Shown: positions 60,828 to 64,000 of the stretch, piece by piece | Layout: each line of letters opens with the position of its first letter | Position numbering within the stretch: position 1 is the first letter of the stretch | Sequence record: NC_048048.2 | Length of the DNA: 64,000 nucleotides | Direction: 5' to 3' (one strand) | Notes under the pieces: generated by a model | What the model was told of the DNA's origin: nothing | Database searches by the model: none | Seen by the model: the letters and a program-made list of their open reading frames with translations, nothing else | Program-made: the position numbers and the translations under genes

Positions 60828-61075
60828 GCTATTCCGGCCCGATCACCATCGCCCAAGGCCAGCGCTTCCAACTAGACAGCTACGGCAACGGCGCGGCCTA
60901 TGCCTTCTATGACCGCACCGCCGGCGCCAGCGTCTGGCTGGACGGCGACGACGCCACCCAGTTTCGCGCCGACTTCGACAACGCCGAAGACCGCCGCCCC
61001 CATGACGGGCCTGACCAGATCATGGCCCATCTGTGGGACGAACACGACTACGGCGCCGCCGCCACGCCGCTCTAA
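60824..61075 (+). CDS. hypothetical protein
   Basis: ATGA overlap. Confidence 0.7.
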   Translation: MSYSGPITIAQGQRFQLDSYGNGAAYAFYDRTAGASVWLDGDDATQFRADFDNAEDRRPHDGPDQIMAHLWDEHDYGAAATPL

Positions 61076-61078
61076 GTC

Positions 61079-61110
61079 AAGGCCCGCCCATCCCCCTGGG
61101 CGGGCCTTGT
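61079..61110. terminator. hairpin/terminator
   Basis: AAGGCCCGCCCA-N-TGGGCGGGCCTT. Confidence 0.7.
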
Positions 61111-61150
61111 CCTGGGCGATCGGCGTTAACCTTAACGCGCAAGAAAACTG

Positions 61151-61179
61151 TTGACACGCATTGCAGCCCTATGCGAGAA
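61151..61179 (+). promoter_or_regulatory. cassette promoter P13
   Basis: consensus match; left-half TTAACCTTAA at 61126. Confidence 0.8.
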
Positions 61180-61218
61180 AGAGCGCCTAGGCCGCTTTGG
61201 CCCCTGGAGACTTGCGTC

Positions 61219-61800
61219 ATGGAACACCGCGACTTCGTTCCCCACATCATCACCGCCCGCACCGTGGATGGAACCGTCTACTACGAGTCCAGCCACTGCA
61301 CCGCCTTCCATCTGGGCTATGCCCGCGCCATGGACAAGGCCGACGCCGAGCGCCGGGCCGCCGCCTGGAAGCGCGCGGAAAAGGACGGCGCCCCGCAAGC
61401 CACCATCGACGAGGGAACCTATGGGATCACCGTCGTGGCCACCACCTGGGAGGCCCTGGACAAGGCCCGCGCCCATCGCGCCGAGCTTGAGCGCCTGGAG
61501 GCCAATTTCCTCGCCGAGGAGGCCCATGACGACCAGTTCGACGACTATGAAGAACCGGTCATGAGCCCCGAGGATATCGCTGCCGAGGAAGAGGCCGCCC
61601 GCGACTATCTGGCCACCATCCAGCCCCATAAGGCCGGCGACGTGGTGCGGATCACCGACGAGGGCCATCCCCATTTCGGGGCGCTGGCCACCGTCGCCGA
61701 GGCCGAATGGAGCGGCTATCTCGTCCTTGACCTGGGCGCGGGCCTGACCTGGGGCTGGGCGACGGGCGTGCAATCGACGGCCGATTTCCCCCAGCCTTGA
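61219..61800 (+). CDS. hypothetical protein with C-terminal KOW/SH3-like motif
   Basis: AGDVVRITDEGHPHFGALATV. Confidence 0.7.
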   Translation: MEHRDFVPHIITARTVDGTVYYESSHCTAFHLGYARAMDKADAERRAAAWKRAEKDGAPQATIDEGTYGITVVATTWEALDKARAHRAELERLEANFLAEEAHDDQFDDYEEPVMSPEDIAAEEEAARDYLATIQPHKAGDVVRITDEGHPHFGALATVAEAEWSGYLVLDLGAGLTWGWATGVQSTADFPQP

Positions 61801-61819
61801 AAGCTGGCCTCGCGCCAGC

Positions 61820-61853
61820 AAAAAGGCCCGTCCCCTGGCGGGGCGGGCCTTGT
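61820..61853. terminator. bidirectional terminator
   Basis: AAAAAGGCCCG...CGGGCCTTGT between convergent genes. Confidence 0.7.
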
Positions 61854-61868
61854 CCGGTCCGATCGGGA

Positions 61869-61912
61869 TTAACCTTAACGAGAGATTAAGGTTAACGCGC
61901 CCTTAAGGTTAA
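61869..61912. promoter_or_regulatory. extended CtrA palindrome plus second N7 box
   Basis: same architecture as 55026. Confidence 0.8.
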
Positions 61913-62154
61913 CTGGTGGCGTTCTTGCGCGTCGTGGCCTGGGGATTGGCCTTGAGCCATGCGTCGGCTTCCGTGCGGGTCGAGAACGGCGCCCCGCCAA
62001 TGCCCTGCGTGCCGTCATCCCATTGAATGGTCCAACCCACGTCCTTGATTTCCCAATCCTCCGCCACGCCATGGGGAATCGGCGTATGAAGCGCGATGCG
62101 GGTAAAGGGCGCGCGCTTGAGTTGACGGATGCGCGCCGGAATGACTTGCGGCAT
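61909..62154 (-). CDS. hypothetical protein (minus strand)
   Basis: AAGGA SD, own promoter; stop lies in CtrA box. Confidence 0.6.
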   Translation of the reverse strand: MPQVIPARIRQLKRAPFTRIALHTPIPHGVAEDWEIKDVGWTIQWDDGTQGIGGAPFSTRTEADAWLKANPQATTRKNATS

Positions 62155-62205
62155 GTGTGGAATTTCCTTGACAAAGGCCTTGCCCCATGGGCGGCCCGAA
62201 AGGCG

Positions 62206-62233
62206 AATGTAGCAAGCGGCGCTTTCGTGTCAA
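62206..62233 (-). promoter_or_regulatory. canonical sigma70 promoter (minus)
   Basis: TTGACA-N14-GCTACATT. Confidence 0.7.
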
Positions 62234-62259
62234 GAAATGCGACATGGGCTAGAATCCTG

Positions 62260-62288
62260 TTGACACGCATTGCGGTCCTATGCGAGAA
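62260..62288 (+). promoter_or_regulatory. cassette promoter P14
   Basis: consensus match. Confidence 0.8.
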
Positions 62289-62332
62289 AGATCGGGCAAA
62301 GGCGCATCCCGCGCCGCTGGGAGACACCCCGC

Positions 62333-63103
62333 ATGGACCTGACCACCTTTACGGCCAAGGCTGATTTCGTGCTCTGCAATGAGCCGGTGACCATCACCGT
62401 CAAGCCCGCCGGCCGCCCGCTCTACCTGTCGTTTTCCATCGACCAGATCGGCATGATCGGCGGCGCCGAGGAGCTTTACGCCAAGGCCGAACAACACGGC
62501 GTCGAGGACCTGATAACGGTTCTCAACATTTCCAACGTCCTGTCGCTGAAGTCCATCGAGACCTATGACGACGAAGACCGCGAGGCCGTCGAAAGCCTGC
62601 GCTACGCCCTGCTCATGCTCGACGGCGAGCGCTACGCTTCGGATGTCCAGTTCGAGGACGTGGACGAGGCCGAGTTTTCCAACCGCGACGACACCATTGA
62701 CAGCCGGCAAATCGTCGAGCGGGTCGAGGTGCTTCGGAGCGCCCTGGAAACCGCCGGCTTCGACACCGCCGACCTGTCCGCCCTGGAAGACCTCGACGCC
62801 GACGAAGCCGTCAAGGACGCCGACCAGCGCGACGCCTTCAACGCCATCCGCGAGGAATTCCTGATCCTGGCGCGCATGGTCGAGGAGGGCGGCAACTACG
62901 GCGAGGATTGGCGGTTCGGCGCGACTCTGGTCCGCGAATCCTACTTCACCGAGTTCGCGCAAGAAGAGTGCGAAAGCCTGGGCTTCATCTCCAAGGACTT
63001 CCCGTCCTGGATCGCCATCGACTGGGAAAAGACCGCCGAAACGATGCTACACGACTACACCGAAATCGACTTCGACGGCGTGAGCTACTACGTCCGCGCC
63101 TAG
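62333..63103 (+). CDS. acidic ArdA-like antirestriction protein
   Basis: very acidic; C-terminal PSWIAIDWEKTAETMLHDY..IDFDGVSYYVR. Confidence 0.5.
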   Translation: MDLTTFTAKADFVLCNEPVTITVKPAGRPLYLSFSIDQIGMIGGAEELYAKAEQHGVEDLITVLNISNVLSLKSIETYDDEDREAVESLRYALLMLDGERYASDVQFEDVDEAEFSNRDDTIDSRQIVERVEVLRSALETAGFDTADLSALEDLDADEAVKDADQRDAFNAIREEFLILARMVEEGGNYGEDWRFGATLVRESYFTEFAQEECESLGFISKDFPSWIAIDWEKTAETMLHDYTEIDFDGVSYYVRA

Positions 63104-63166
63104 GTGAAGCTCCTCGAAGGCGGCGGCCTGCTCGCGCTCTGCTTCCTCCTCTGGTTGCTTCACTAA
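63104..63166 (+). CDS. 20-aa hydrophobic peptide, copy 3
   Basis: GTG start; MKLLEGGGLLALCFLLWLLH. Confidence 0.7.
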   Translation: MKLLEGGGLLALCFLLWLLH

Positions 63167-63170
63167 ACCC

Positions 63171-63206
63171 GGCCGGCGTCCATGACCTGGGCGCCGGCCT
63201 TTTCTT
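63171..63206 (+). terminator. intrinsic terminator
   Basis: GGCCGGCG...CGCCGGCC-TTTTCTT. Confidence 0.75.
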
Positions 63207-63222
63207 ACCGCGCCGATCGGGG

Positions 63223-63249
63223 TTAACCTTAACGCCGTCTTAAGGTTAA
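63223..63249. promoter_or_regulatory. extended CtrA palindrome
   Basis: exact 27-bp architecture. Confidence 0.8.
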
Positions 63250-63263
63250 CGGCGGGCCTGGAG

Positions 63264-63363
63264 GCGAGGGCGTCAAGGCCGCGAGCTAGGATTACACGCG
63301 ATGGCTTAGCCGGCGTCCAGCCGGCGGCGCCTTCGACCACCGCGAGGCGGCCTTGACCCTCGC
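63264..63363 (-). ncRNA. candidate structured small RNA
   Basis: nested stems (10-17, 8 and 6 bp); minus-strand promoter TTGACA(63387-92)-N17-GAGATT. Confidence 0.45.
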
Positions 63364-63417
63364 AATCTCGCCGATCCGCGACCAAGTGTCAACCGTTTTC
63401 TTTTTCCAAGAAACCTG

Positions 63418-63446
63418 TTGACACGCATCGAACGCCTATGCGAGAA
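63418..63446 (+). promoter_or_regulatory. cassette promoter P15
   Basis: consensus match. Confidence 0.8.
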
Positions 63447-63477
63447 AGACTCAACGTCAACGCCTGGAACCCTATCC

Positions 63478-64000
63478 ATGCCCCGCACCGTCACCAAACA
63501 GGTCTACACCTTCAAGGAACTGAATCCCAAGGCCAAGCAAAAGGCCATCGAGTGGTATCGTGGCCTGAACGATCAAGACTCCGGTTGGTGGGATTTCGTC
63601 TATGACGAAGCCGACCGCATCGCCGAAGCCTTCGGGATCACCCTGCGCCGCAAGGAAGCCGGCAAGCCCAATAGCGGCCCGGACATCATGTTCACCGGCT
63701 TCTGGAGTCAAGGCGACGGCGCCTGTTTCCAAGGCCGCTACGAGTCGCCCCAAACCCCGGCCGTCGAAGCCTTCGCCGCCCTGGGGATCGAAGACGCCAC
63801 GCTCAAGGCTCTGGCCGCCCGCCTCGACGCCCTGAGCGCCAAGGTGCGCTTGATCAGCACGGTCAAGCACTCCGGTCACTACTATCACGAGTATTGCACC
63901 GACTTCGAAACCGAGCGCATGGTTCCCGACGACGCCGGCGACGACTTCGATATCTACGATTTCGACCACGAGGACGAAAAGGAACTGATCGACATTCTTC
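63478..64000 (+). CDS. hypothetical protein, truncated by window end (FxELxxxAK...GFWSQGDGA family)
   Basis: ATG 63478 after P15; frame open to window end. Confidence 0.7.
   Translation, partial: MPRTVTKQVYTFKELNPKAKQKAIEWYRGLNDQDSGWWDFVYDEADRIAEAFGITLRRKEAGKPNSGPDIMFTGFWSQGDGACFQGRYESPQTPAVEAFAALGIEDATLKALAARLDALSAKVRLISTVKHSGHYYHEYCTDFETERMVPDDAGDDFDIYDFDHEDEKELIDIL

Noticed and set aside
63478-64000. Antitoxin annotation for the last ORF
   Set aside because: Motif recalls a family often auto-labelled antitoxin, but no cognate toxin is visible and the gene is truncated by the window

Overview
A 64-kb segment of a large, GC-rich lytic phage genome. It is most likely a phiCbK-like Caulobacter/Brevundimonas phage; this is inferred from CtrA boxes, Caulobacter-type sigma70 promoters and gene content. 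Almost all genes are on the + strand. (1) 1-37.2 kb: about 90 small, translationally coupled accessory genes, plus two tandem tRNA-Arg on the minus strand. Recognisable products include NadE-like, HNH-RNA ligase fusion, HNH, ABC-type ATPase, MazG-like, cupin, Lar-like and Rmf-like proteins, four proteins with twin-arginine (Tat) signal peptides, and two winged-helix proteins. (2) 37.2-38.2 kb: non-coding, with three 53-bp direct repeats and an AT-rich tract (origin-like). (3) 38.9-40.8 kb: a run of about 13 tiny hydrophobic ORFs. (4) 40.8-47.5 kb: RuvC-like resolvase, TerS, TerL interrupted by an atypical Pro-start intein, and an Ntn-hydrolase. (5) 47.5-49.2 kb: layered non-coding repeat arrays (probable genome-end/terminal-repeat boundary). 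(6) 49.2-64 kb: an array of expression cassettes, most built as terminator, extended CtrA palindrome, stereotyped promoter (15 copies, each with an internal GCAT-N9-ATGC inverted repeat), then 1-4 small genes. These include an SSB-tail mimic, an ArdA-like protein, an XRE HTH and a 20-aa peptide present in three copies. No database searches were run; family calls come from recognised motifs.
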